Shown piece after piece: positions 30,402 to 39,949 of a DNA stretch of 64,000 nucleotides. Numbering within the stretch: position 1 is the first letter of the stretch; every line of letters starts with the position of its first letter. Both the position numbers and the translations under genes were made by a program. The notes under the pieces were generated by a model that searched no databases, was not told the DNA's origin, and worked only from the letters and a program-made list of their open reading frames with translations. Source of the stretch: an uncultured Planctomycetota bacterium (lineage in GTDB: Bacteria; Planctomycetota; Planctomycetia; Gemmatales; Gemmataceae); contig CAWKHF010000009.1 in assembly GCA_963849325.1 (NCBI GenBank), forward strand, positions 96,001-160,000. Direction: 5' to 3'.

Positions 30402-31780
30402 TCACTCCGGCTGCTCCTCGCGCAAACGCAGCAGTCGCTCGACGAAGAAGGACAGAGCGCCGCCGGTGAGAAGGCAAACCACGTTGATGAACTGGATGCC
30501 CGTGAGCAGTTTGAAGAACAGGGCCAGGACGATGACGGCGGCGGCCCCGATGCTCAAAAACGCCCAGTCGCGCTGTCCGGGCGCAGCTCCTGCCACGCCG
30601 CTTTCAGTTGCGGACTCAACGGGCCTTCGCCGCCGCGAGGTTCGGCCGCCTCCGCCGCCGCTTCGCCCTTGTCGGCGTCCGTTTCCTCCGCCGCCGCGAT
30701 GGGAGCGGGCGCGGGACGAAGATGGGCCAGGTGTTCTTCCGGCTGAACATTTCGACTTTCTTCCTCGTGGGCCAGCAATACACGCAGACTCTTGGCGGCC
30801 CGAGCGGCCGTGCTCGGCCGCTGCGCGGGATCGGGATCGATCAGCGACTCGACGAACGAAGCGAGCATGTCGGGGACATCGGGAGCCAGTTGGCGAAGGG
30901 GGACAGCCCGCAAGGCCGCTCCCGCCGGCGCGTCCGCCGCAAAAGGAGACTGCCCGGTCAAGCTGCGATAGAAGACGCTACCCAGGCGGAAGAGATCGTC
31001 GCGTGGAGGAGAAGGCACTTCGACGTCGCCGGACAGAGGATCGCGGCCGGCCGATGACATTCCCGTGTCATCGAGGGCCGACGGGTCGAACAGGGAACGC
31101 GGCACTCCCGCATGGAGGATCTTGACCGTGCGGGCCTTGCTCGCCGTCGATTTGCCGGCGGCGGTCAGAAGAAAGCACTCCGCATCGAGCGGTCCCGTCG
31201 AGACCTGCTTCTCGTGCAGGGCTTGCAGCCCGAGCAGGGCCACGGCGAAAAGACGAGCGGCGGGGATCGGCTGCAACTTGCCGCGGCGGGCGAGGATGTC
31301 GGCCAGGGTATCGCCCTCATCGAACTCGCGCACCAGGTAATGCCGTCCGTGCGCCTCGCCGAAATCGAGCGTCAAGCCGACGTTGGGATGGCGGACGGTC
31401 ATGGCCCGCTCGGCGGCGAGGCGAAAGGCCCGCACGCCCTCGGGACGGGCAGCCCAATCCGCCGACAGCACTTCCAGCACCACCGGCCGACGCACGGGGT
31501 CCAGAGCCAGGTACGCCCCGGCGAAGGGACCACTCGAGAGATGGTCCGCGAGCTGATATTGGTTCAGACGCAGCAGTTCGCCCTTGCCGTCGCGCAGCAT
31601 CCGAAAGGCGAAGCCGCTCAGGTAGCCGTTGACGGTCAACCACTGCCCAAATCGATCCAGGTTGGCCGCATCGGCGCGGCCGGGCTGGAACCAACGGGCC
31701 CGCAAGCGAGACAGGTCGGCGGAGGAGAGCAGCTGAAGTCCAGTCATCATCTCGCAGAGCTGTTCCACCGTCGGCGTCAT
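30402..31780 (-). CDS. Ser/Thr kinase-fold pseudokinase with C-terminal TM pair, probable frameshift ~30575
   Basis: HPNV, YLVREFDEGDTL, DLFRLG, PAQRP retained; catalytic K, HRD and DFG lost. Confidence 0.8.
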
Positions 31781-31850
31781 GGCAGCAATCCGTAAGGGAG
31801 TAGGGAGTTTGATTGTTGAAGAGTATACGGCTCGACCTCTTCCGCGTCTT

Positions 31851-31918
31851 CGTTTAGCCGCGACGCGCAGCGGAGCGCGGGAATACTCCCGCGCTCCGCT
31901 GCGCGTCGCGGCTAAACG
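31851..31918. repeat. REP-like palindrome family D
   Basis: long inverted repeat with a short loop. Confidence 0.92.
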
Positions 31919-31929
31919 GGAACGTTGTG

Positions 31930-33726
31930 TCAGCCAGCAAGAGGCGTGGCTTGCAACCCGTGCGTTTCGGCATAGAAGCCGTCGGCGTCGAGCAGGTCGT
32001 CCGGCCGGCCCTGCGCGATGATGCGTCCGCCCTCCAGGACGATGAGCCAGTCGGCCTTGCGGACGGAGGCGGTCTTGTGCGAGACGACGAGGCGAGTTCG
32101 TCCCGGCAGCAGGTCGTCGAGGGCGGCGCGGACGCGGGCCTCGGTCTCGGCATCGAGGGCGCTGGTGCAGTCGTCCAGCAACAAGACGGACGGTTTGGCG
32201 AGCAGCGCCCGAGCCAGGGCCAGCCGCTGCCGTTGGCCGCCGGACAGGCTGTAGCCGCGCTCTCCGACCGGCGCTTCCAGTCCGCGCGGCAGTGATTGGA
32301 CCAACTCTTCCAGCTCCATCGCTTCCAGGACGCGGCGAATGTCGGCGGCGGACGCCGAGGGGGCGGCGTACAGCAAGTTCGAGCGCAGCGTACCCTCGAA
32401 CAGCACGGCCTGCTGCGGCACCAGGACCACCGCTTGTCGCAGATCGCTCTGTCGCAGGCGCCGCACGTCGCGGCCATCGAGCACGATTCGGCCGGCGTCC
32501 ACGTCGTACAGCCGCGGCGCCAGCAGCAGCAGCGTGCTCTTGCCGGAACCGCTGGGACCGAGGACGCCGACGGTCATGCCCGGCTCGACGATCAGGTTGA
32601 TCCTCTGCAGCACGGGCGGCCCGGCCGGCAGATAGCGAAAGGTGACGTTGTCGAAGACGAGCCGGCCGCGCGGGGCGTGGACCGGTTGGGCGTCGGGCGA
32701 GTCCACCAGCGCCTCCGGCGCTTCGAGCACCTCTATCATGCGATCGAGAGCGACGCGCGTGGCGGCGGCCCCGCCCTGGAACTGGACCAGGCGAACAATC
32801 GGGTTGTAGAGCTGAGCGCTCAGGGCACAGAAGGCCAGCAAGTCGCCGACCGAAAGGCGGCCGGCGCGGAGGAGGAGGACGCCAGCCAGCAGGATCGCCA
32901 CCGTGCCGCCGCCACTGAGCAGCGCCGCCAGCGCCGACTGCCAGGCGCCGGCCCACAGGCCGGCCCGGCTCAGTTCGCGGTGAGTATCGATGCGCTCGTC
33001 CAGAGAGCGCACCTCCGCCTCCTCCCGAGCGAACGAGCGCACCACGCGCACGGCCGAGATGCGTTCGCTGAGCAGAGCATAGACGGCCCCAATCTGGTGG
33101 CGCAGGCGTTCGGACAAGACGCGGAAGCGGGCGGCGAACAGTTGGTGGTTGACGGCGTACAGTGGCACGACCACGAAGCAAACCAGGGCCAGCTGCCAGC
33201 GCAGCCACAGCAACGCCCCCGCAATGCCGGCGGCGAGCACGAGATCCGAGGCCAATTGCAGCGATCCGCTGCCGAGGAAGATCATCAGCGAGCCGACGTC
33301 GCTGGTGATCCGCGCCATCAGCTGGCCGGTCTGCTCGCGGTCGAAGTAGGCCAACGGCAAACGCTGAAACTTGCGATGCAGGGCGTCGGTCAGCTCGCGC
33401 ACCACCTCCAGGCTGACGCGGTTCATGACGGCGTGGCCGCGCCAGACCAGGGCCATCCGCGCCAGGTGGCAACCGAGGGCGGCGCCCAGCGCCAGCAGGA
33501 CCACCCTCGTCGCGGACGAGGGGTCGGCCGTCCCGCCGTGCTCCATGAGGTAGTCGAGCGTCCAGCCTTGCAGCAGCGATACCGGCAGCAGAAGCAGCGA
33601 GCCGAGGAACATTCCGGCCAGGGCGAACAGGATGGCGCGGCGGTGGGGGCGCAAGAACTCCGCGTCCAGGCGCCGTAGCCGGGCGACGAGGCTCGACGGA
33701 GGGATCGACAGCGATTCCCTCGACAT
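31930..33726 (-). CDS. ABC exporter half-transporter (heterodimer subunit, Walker B LLDD)
   Basis: GPSGSGKS, LSGGQRQR, LLDDCTSALD. Confidence 0.92.
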   Translation of the reverse strand: MSRESLSIPPSSLVARLRRLDAEFLRPHRRAILFALAGMFLGSLLLLPVSLLQGWTLDYLMEHGGTADPSSATRVVLLALGAALGCHLARMALVWRGHAVMNRVSLEVVRELTDALHRKFQRLPLAYFDREQTGQLMARITSDVGSLMIFLGSGSLQLASDLVLAAGIAGALLWLRWQLALVCFVVVPLYAVNHQLFAARFRVLSERLRHQIGAVYALLSERISAVRVVRSFAREEAEVRSLDERIDTHRELSRAGLWAGAWQSALAALLSGGGTVAILLAGVLLLRAGRLSVGDLLAFCALSAQLYNPIVRLVQFQGGAAATRVALDRMIEVLEAPEALVDSPDAQPVHAPRGRLVFDNVTFRYLPAGPPVLQRINLIVEPGMTVGVLGPSGSGKSTLLLLAPRLYDVDAGRIVLDGRDVRRLRQSDLRQAVVLVPQQAVLFEGTLRSNLLYAAPSASAADIRRVLEAMELEELVQSLPRGLEAPVGERGYSLSGGQRQRLALARALLAKPSVLLLDDCTSALDAETEARVRAALDDLLPGRTRLVVSHKTASVRKADWLIVLEGGRIIAQGRPDDLLDADGFYAETHGLQATPLAG

Positions 33727-33740
33727 GAATACGTCTCCCC

Positions 33741-35558
33741 TCAGGCGGAAGCCCTCGTGTACGCCGGCAGGGCGATGGTCGGACGGAAGTGAGGCCGGCG
33801 CGACGGGGCCGACGGCGACAGATCGCGGGCCAGGTCGATGCCGCCGAACTGCCGGACGTACAGCCGGTAATACAGGCCATCCCGCTCCGCCAGCAGCTCA
33901 TCGTGTGTCCCGCACTGGACGACCAGGCCGCCCTCCAGGACGACGAGAAGGTCGGCATCGCGGACAGTGCCCAGGCGATGGGCGACGACGAAGGCGGTGC
34001 GACCGCGGAACAGCTCGACCAGGGCGCTCTGCACTCGGGCCTCGCTCTCAGGGTCCAGCGAACTGGTCGCCTCGTCGAGCACAACCAGGGCCGGGTCTTT
34101 GCAGAAGACGCGGGCGATGGCCACGCGCTGTCGCTCGCCCTGGCTGAGCTTGTAGCCGCCCTCGCCAACGATGGTGGCGTAACCGTCCGGCAGTCGGCCG
34201 ACGAACTCGTGGACGCGAGCGGCGGCGGCCGCCGCCTCGACGCGAGCGGCGTCCGCCTCGGGACAGCCATAGCGAATGTTGTCGGCCAGGCTGGCCTGGA
34301 AGAGGACCGGCTCCTGCGGCACGATGCCGATCTGGCGGCGCAGGTCGGCCAGGGCCAGCCGGCGCAACGGAAGGCCGTCGAGCCGAATTTCGCCCCACGT
34401 CGGATCGTAGAAGCGTTGCAGCAGGTGCAGCAGCGTGCTTTTGCCGCAGCCGGTCGGCCCGACCAGGGCCACCTTCATCCCCGGCTCGACCCGCAGACGC
34501 ACATCCCAGACGACTGGCTGACCGGGGTAATAACCGAAGCCGACCTGATCGAACTCGACGCGGCCGTAGGCCCGTCCCAGGGGAACGGGATCGACCGGTT
34601 CGACCACGTCGGCTTGCTGGTCGAGGATCTCGCGCAGGCGGTCGATGCTGGCGGCGGCCTGCTGGAAGACGGCGGCGAGGTCGGCCAGCCGGCTGAATGG
34701 GCCGAATAGCAGCGCCGCCATCGCCGTCGCCGACAGCACCGTCCCCGGCGTCAGACGTCCGCGAAGGATTTCCAGGGCGCCGGCGGCGAAGACCAGCGAG
34801 GTGCCGATGCCGGCGGCCGTCGTGCTCAGGTTGGAGAACGCCGCGCCCAGCAGGCCGACGCGCAGACGCGGCCGATGCGCCTGGCCGATCTGGGCGGCGA
34901 AGCCGGCCATCTCGTCGCGTTCACGGGCATAGGCTCGGACGACGAGAACGCCGTCGATCTTCTCCTTGAGGCGGGTGAAGATGCCGTCGAGCTGGCCGCG
35001 AACCGCCGTGCTGCCCTCGCGGATCGGCCGCGTGTAGGCGCGGAAGATCCAGACGTAACACGGCAAGACGCCCATCACCACCAGGAACAGCCGAGGGCTT
35101 TGCGCCAACAGCCACGAACCGACGACCACGGCGGCGCCCAGGTCGGTCAGCACGCTTAGCGTTTGCGTAGTGATGAGCGCTTGCACGGCTGACACGTCGT
35201 CCATGAGCCGGGAGATGATGGCGCCGGTCGGAGTGCGGTCGTAGTAGGCCAGGCTCATCCGCTGGAGCCGTGCGTACAGCCGGTGGCGCAGATCGCGGAC
35301 GACGGCCAGGCCGATCTCGCCGGTGACGCCGGTGGCGAGCAGGTTCACGCCCGCCTGCGCCGCGAAGACCGCCAGCAGGGCCGTGGCATAACCGGCGACG
35401 GTCCACGCTCCCGCCGGCACGGCTTCGTCAACCAGCGCTCGAACGAGGGGTGGGACCGGGAAGTTGAGCAAGCAGGCTGAGAACGTGAGCAGGAGGGCCG
35501 CCGCGGCGCGCCTCCGGTGGGGACGCAACAGACCCCCAATGCAATGAATCGTGTTCAC
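33741..35558 (-). CDS. ABC exporter half-transporter (heterodimer subunit, signature LSQGE)
   Basis: GPTGCGKS, LSQGERQR, VLDEATSSLD, AHRL. Confidence 0.92.
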   Translation of the reverse strand: MNTIHCIGGLLRPHRRRAAAALLLTFSACLLNFPVPPLVRALVDEAVPAGAWTVAGYATALLAVFAAQAGVNLLATGVTGEIGLAVVRDLRHRLYARLQRMSLAYYDRTPTGAIISRLMDDVSAVQALITTQTLSVLTDLGAAVVVGSWLLAQSPRLFLVVMGVLPCYVWIFRAYTRPIREGSTAVRGQLDGIFTRLKEKIDGVLVVRAYARERDEMAGFAAQIGQAHRPRLRVGLLGAAFSNLSTTAAGIGTSLVFAAGALEILRGRLTPGTVLSATAMAALLFGPFSRLADLAAVFQQAAASIDRLREILDQQADVVEPVDPVPLGRAYGRVEFDQVGFGYYPGQPVVWDVRLRVEPGMKVALVGPTGCGKSTLLHLLQRFYDPTWGEIRLDGLPLRRLALADLRRQIGIVPQEPVLFQASLADNIRYGCPEADAARVEAAAAAARVHEFVGRLPDGYATIVGEGGYKLSQGERQRVAIARVFCKDPALVVLDEATSSLDPESEARVQSALVELFRGRTAFVVAHRLGTVRDADLLVVLEGGLVVQCGTHDELLAERDGLYYRLYVRQFGGIDLARDLSPSAPSRRPHFRPTIALPAYTRASA

Positions 35559-35707
35559 GGAATGTTGCTTACGATCACCTTTGACCGGTGTTGACGGCGC
35601 AGCGACACGCCGCCTCGATACCGCTGTTACTCTATCAGCTTCTCGGGGGGAGAAGGCAAGACCGATTTACGACCGTGGATATGATCGGAGATAGTGCAAG
35701 CGATCTT

Positions 35708-35762
35708 TCCGAGCCTGAAGCGTAAGCGAAGAGTATCTCTTCGCTTACGCTTCAGGCTCGGA
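35708..35762. repeat. REP-like palindrome family C
   Basis: same arms as 22566-22619. Confidence 0.92.
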
Positions 35763-35789
35763 GAGGAGCTCGCTTGGCCGTTCATCCGA

Positions 35790-35805
35790 TGGTATGAAAC
35801 TTGCC
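35790..35805 (+). promoter_or_regulatory. sigma54-type promoter TGGTATGAAACTTGCC
   Basis: GG-N10-GC 82 nt upstream of the SRPBCC gene. Confidence 0.65.
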
Positions 35806-35886
35806 ATAAAGACTCCTCTCATGGCCGGCCTCAGCCGTCTGGCGCGAGTGTACCGGCCCCCCATTGCCGTTTGCAAGGAGTTTCCG

Positions 35887-36657
35887 ATGGCAACCACTGC
35901 AACCGCTCCCGCTCGCATGCGCCGTCCACCGTTCGGACAGACCCCCCGGCCGGCGCCCACGGTCAACGTCGGCGATACCGAGCGCCTGCTGTCCTTCGTC
36001 GGCGGCACCGCCCTGGGCCTGTTCGGCCTATCGCGCGGCTCGCTGGGAGGTCTCGCCCTCGCCGCCGCCGGCGGCTCTCTCGTCTATCGCGGGGCGACCG
36101 GCCATTGCTCCCTCTATCAGGCACTCGACATTAGTACCGCCCCGCAACTGGCCCCGTCCACCAGCATCCGCGCCGGGCACGGCGTCAAGATCGAGGAGAG
36201 CGTCATCGTCAACCGCGATCCCGCGACGCTGTACCGCTTTTGGCACAACCTGGAGAACGTCGGCCGCTTCATGTCCCACCTGGAGCGCGTCGAGGAGCGC
36301 GACGGGGGCCACTCGCACTGGGTCGCGCGGGGACCGATGGGGATGAAGTTCCACTGGGAGGCCGAGATCATCAACGAGAAGGAAAACGAGCTGATCGCCT
36401 GGCGCTCGGTGGAAGGCAGTGAGATCGACACCGCCGGCTCCGTGCATTTCCGCGAGCTGCCGCACGACCGAGGTACGGAGGTGCGCGTGGTGCTAAAGTA
36501 CGACGCCCATTCGGCCCAGCTGGGTGCGCCGCTGGCTCGGCTGATGGGCGCGTCGCCGCGCCAGCAGATCCATGAAGACCTGCGGCGGTTCAAGCAAGTC
36601 ATGGAGACCGGCGAGGTCGCCACCACCGAGGGGCAGCCGCGAGGCCAGTGCCACTAA
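35887..36657 (+). CDS. SRPBCC/cyclase-family protein with DUF2892-type membrane N-terminus
   Basis: NVGDTER, RGATGHC.LY, FMSHL, SHWV, IAWRS, EDLRRFKQVMETGE; AAGGAG RBS. Confidence 0.92.
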   Translation: MATTATAPARMRRPPFGQTPRPAPTVNVGDTERLLSFVGGTALGLFGLSRGSLGGLALAAAGGSLVYRGATGHCSLYQALDISTAPQLAPSTSIRAGHGVKIEESVIVNRDPATLYRFWHNLENVGRFMSHLERVEERDGGHSHWVARGPMGMKFHWEAEIINEKENELIAWRSVEGSEIDTAGSVHFRELPHDRGTEVRVVLKYDAHSAQLGAPLARLMGASPRQQIHEDLRRFKQVMETGEVATTEGQPRGQCH

Positions 36658-36672
36658 CAGGAGGACTGGATC

Positions 36673-37843
36673 ATGAAAGCAGTTTGCTGGTGCGGCACCG
36701 GCTCGATGCACGTCGAGCAGGTCGCCGAGCCGCGCATCCTCAACCCGCGCGACGCCATCGTGCGCATCACGCTGACGGCCATCTGTGGCTCCGACCTGCA
36801 CCTGTACGACGGCTTCATTCCAACGATGGAGAAAGGCGACATCGTCGGTCATGAGTTCATGGGCGAGGTGGTCGAAGTTGGCCATGAGGTCGCCAACCTC
36901 CATCCCGGAGATCGCGTGGTAGTGCCGTTCACGATTTCCTGCGGCCGCTGTTTCTTCTGTCAACGGCAGTTGTATTCGGTCTGCGACAACTCCAATCCCA
37001 ACGCCTGGATTGCCGAGACCCTGTACGGTTACTCCGGCGCCGGCCTGTTCGGTTATTCGCACATGATGGGCGGTTACGCCGGCGGCCAGGCCGAGTTCGC
37101 TCGCGTCCCCTTCGCCGACGTCGGCCCAATCAAGGTGCCGGAAAACCTCAGCGACGAGCAAGTGTTGTTCCTGTCCGACATCTTCCCGACCGCCTACCAG
37201 GCGGCGGAAAATTGTGGCATCCAGGCCGGCGATACCGTCGCCGTCTGGGGTTGCGGGCCGGTCGGCCTGCTCACCATCAAATGCGCTTACCTGCTCGGTG
37301 CCGAGCGCGTCCTCGCCATCGACCGTTTCCCGGAACGGCTGCGCATGGCCCACGACAAGGCCGGCGCCGAAATCCTCAACTACGAACAGACGGACGTGCT
37401 TGAGGCGCTGAAGGAAAGGACCGGCGGTCGCGGACCCGACGCCTGCGTCGATGCCGTCGGTCTGGAAGCGCATGGGACTGGCCTGCTAGGCAAATACGAC
37501 CGCGTTAAGACGCTGCTGATGCTGGAGACCGACCGCGCCTATGTGCTGCGGCAGGCCATCCAGGCTTGCCGCAAGGGCGGCACCGTGTCAATCCCGGGCG
37601 TCTACGGCGGCCTGATCGATAAGCTGCCGTTCGGCTCGGCCTTCGGCAAAGGGCTCGACGATGCGCATGGGACAGACGCACGTTCCGCGTTACATGCCTC
37701 AGCTGCTCGACCTCATCGCCAAGGGCGACTTCGACCCCTCCTTCGTCATCACCCATCGCGGGCGGTTGGAGGACGCGCCACGCCTCTACGAGACGTTCAA
37801 GCACAAGCAGGACGAATGCATCAAGTGTGTGCTTCGGCCGTAA
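36673..37843 (+). CDS. zinc-dependent alcohol dehydrogenase (glutathione-independent formaldehyde dehydrogenase-like), probable frameshift ~37655
   Basis: ICGSDLH, GHEFMG, CGRCFFC, LSDIFPT, GCGPVG; C-term MGQTHV...KCVLRP in the shifted frame. Confidence 0.9.
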
Positions 37844-37854
37844 ATCGCACTTCC

Positions 37855-37889
37855 AAACAGCTCCGGGCGCTCGCCCGGAGCTGTTTTTT
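37855..37889 (+). terminator. intrinsic terminator
   Basis: AAACAGCTCCGGGCG-CT-CGCCCGGAGCTGTTTTTT hairpin with T tract after the dehydrogenase gene. Confidence 0.8.
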
Positions 37890-38031
37890 CTCAGCCTCAT
37901 CAACCTCGTTCCACTCATCTTATCCTTCCTGTTCTCAACCATGCGCAGGGCAGGTGTCATTCCCTCGACGTTTTCGACCTGAGGGCCGCACTGTCAACGC
38001 CATGACAGTAGTTGAAGCACTCCATGCCGAG

Positions 38032-38047
38032 CGGCACATATTTTGCC
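38032..38047 (+). promoter_or_regulatory. sigma54-type promoter CGGCACATATTTTGCC
   Basis: GG-N10-GC 73 nt upstream of the TIGR03000-like gene. Confidence 0.7.
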
Positions 38048-38119
38048 CAAATTCTGTAAACGCCCCGAACGGAAGTTGACGTGGTGTTTCCTTGGTACTT
38101 CGCTCAGAGGAGGTAGGCA

Positions 38120-38911
38120 ATGTACAGTATGGTGTTGATGGCAGCCCTGACGACGGGGACCGACATGCCCGACATGGGTCGGAAGGGCAAAAATGGCGGC
38201 TGCTGCGGTTGTTACGGCGGTATGTATTACGGCGGCTGCTACGGCTACGGTGGCTGGGGTGGAGGCTACGGTGGCTGCTACGGTGGTTGGGGCGGAGGTT
38301 ATGGGGGCTGTCATGGTGGTTATGTTGGCTGGGGGGGGTGCATGGGCCGCGGCTACGCCTGGGGCGGCGGCTATGGCGGTTACAGTGGCTACGCCTGGGG
38401 CGGCCTCGCGCCGACGAGCGGATATGCCGTCGCCCCCCTGAATATCGGTCCCACCTTCAACGCCCCGATGTACGCCGGCAACATCCCTTCCGGCCGGCTG
38501 GGAATGAATCAGTCGTTCTACTTCAATCCCGGCACAGCCAATCGAGGATCGGAGGCGACCATCATAGTGCATCTGCCCGCCGACGCCACCCTGAGCATCG
38601 ACGGACAGGCCACGCAGTCGATGGCGGGCACACGCGTGTTTACGTCGCCGCCGCTGGAGGCGGGCAAGACCTACACCTATACGCTCCAGGGTGAAGTACA
38701 CCGCGATGGCCGCTGGGTCAAAACGGAGAAGACCGTCGAGGTCCGCGCTGGACGCACTTCCGAGGTCACGCTGAATTTCGCGGGGACCAATCGGGACAAC
38801 GAACAAGTTGCCCCCGCCGCTCCGGCGCGTGGCTTCGGTGCTCCGGGTACGGCACCATTGACGAACCCTCGCGCTCCACCTGCGCTGCCACAACCGCCGA
38901 CTAACCGCTGA
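38120..38911 (+). CDS. planctomycete TIGR03000-domain protein with Gly/Tyr/Cys-rich N-terminus
   Basis: MYSMVLMAAL leader; ATIIVHLPADATL.IDG...RVFTSPPLE.GKTYTY; GGAGGT RBS. Confidence 0.9.
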   Translation: MYSMVLMAALTTGTDMPDMGRKGKNGGCCGCYGGMYYGGCYGYGGWGGGYGGCYGGWGGGYGGCHGGYVGWGGCMGRGYAWGGGYGGYSGYAWGGLAPTSGYAVAPLNIGPTFNAPMYAGNIPSGRLGMNQSFYFNPGTANRGSEATIIVHLPADATLSIDGQATQSMAGTRVFTSPPLEAGKTYTYTLQGEVHRDGRWVKTEKTVEVRAGRTSEVTLNFAGTNRDNEQVAPAAPARGFGAPGTAPLTNPRAPPALPQPPTNR

Positions 38912-38915
38912 GGTC

Positions 38916-38964
38916 TCAAGCCGCTTGCGGCTTAGCGATGCCCGCTAAGCTGCGAGCGGCTTGA
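38916..38964. repeat. palindrome family A
   Basis: TCAAGCCGCTTGCGGCTTAGCG...CGCTAAGCTGCGAGCGGCTTGA between convergent genes. Confidence 0.85.
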
Positions 38965-38974
38965 CGTTGGCTCT

Positions 38975-39949
38975 TCACCAGAACAAAACGCGGAACTTCA
39001 CGGCTCCGTACAACCGCCAGTAGACCGAGAGAAACGGGATGAGCACGGAAGTGAAAAGCATTTCCAGAACGTGAGCCGGCGCGTGCGAGGTGCCGCGTAA
39101 ACGCCGGGCGAGGAAGTGCGCAGGAGGACCGTCCACGCCACGAAGGCAGCGAGGCAAGCCATCATCACTCCGCAAGCCGCCGCGACGAGGGCGGCGAAGA
39201 CGGCCAGGATCATGCCATAGTAATCCAGCGGGGGCCAACGCCGGATGTGCTTGCGGTAGAGGGCCGAATGCTTCTTGGACAGCAGAGCGTCAAACAGACT
39301 CTTGCGCTGCATCCGCAAGCTGACGCCCCACGGCGCCGGACGGACAGGGTGTACGACCACGGCGGTAGGCACTTTCCTCAACTTGGCCCCATGCTTCAGC
39401 AATCGAAAATGCAGGTCGCTGTCCTCACGCCAGGCGGACGTGAAGCGCTCGTCGAAGCCGCCCAGCGTTTCGAGAACATCGCGGCGACAGAAACAGTTGG
39501 CGGTGACGAACTCGGCCCCTTCCAGTCCGGCCTCATTGCGTTCGTAGTCCGTCGGCGTCGGCGGCAGGGGCACGACCACTTGCCCGGTAACGGCAGCCAA
39601 CTCGGCATCACGCTCCAGCGCGCCGGCCCCGGCCTCCAGCCAACCGGCGTGGGGGACTGTGTCATCGTCGGTGAAGGCAATCAGAGGAGCATGGGCGGCG
39701 CGCCAGCCCACGTTCCGCGCCGCCGCCGGGCCGTGCGTCTTCGTGACGGGCAGATAACGAACCGCACCCATCCCTTCCGCCGCGAAGTCTTCCACCTGCC
39801 GGCGCGTCGCTTCACTCGCGGCATCGTCGGCGATGAGTACCTCATACTCGTCCGGCGCCATCTCCTGGGCGGCGAGGGCGGCGAGGCAGCGGCCCGAGCA
39901 GGTGCGGACGGCGGAACGTGGGCACGACGACGGAAACGCGCAGCCTCAT
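38975..39949 (-). CDS. glycosyltransferase family 2, probable frameshifts (~39895, ~39115)
   Basis: VSVVVPTFRRP, GPAAARN.GW, AFTDDD, GGFDERF...REDSDL; C-term YWRLYGAVKFRVLFW. Confidence 0.87.

Noticed and set aside
30554-34270. 1238-aa minus-strand ORF as a giant ABC-kinase fusion
   Set aside because: The N-terminal two thirds is an off-frame, R/P/G-rich reading of the ABC genes; the real CDS starts at 31780.
35695-35710. sigma54 box for the ABC exporter pair
   Set aside because: GG-N11-GC with a poor -24 box that overlaps a repeat arm.
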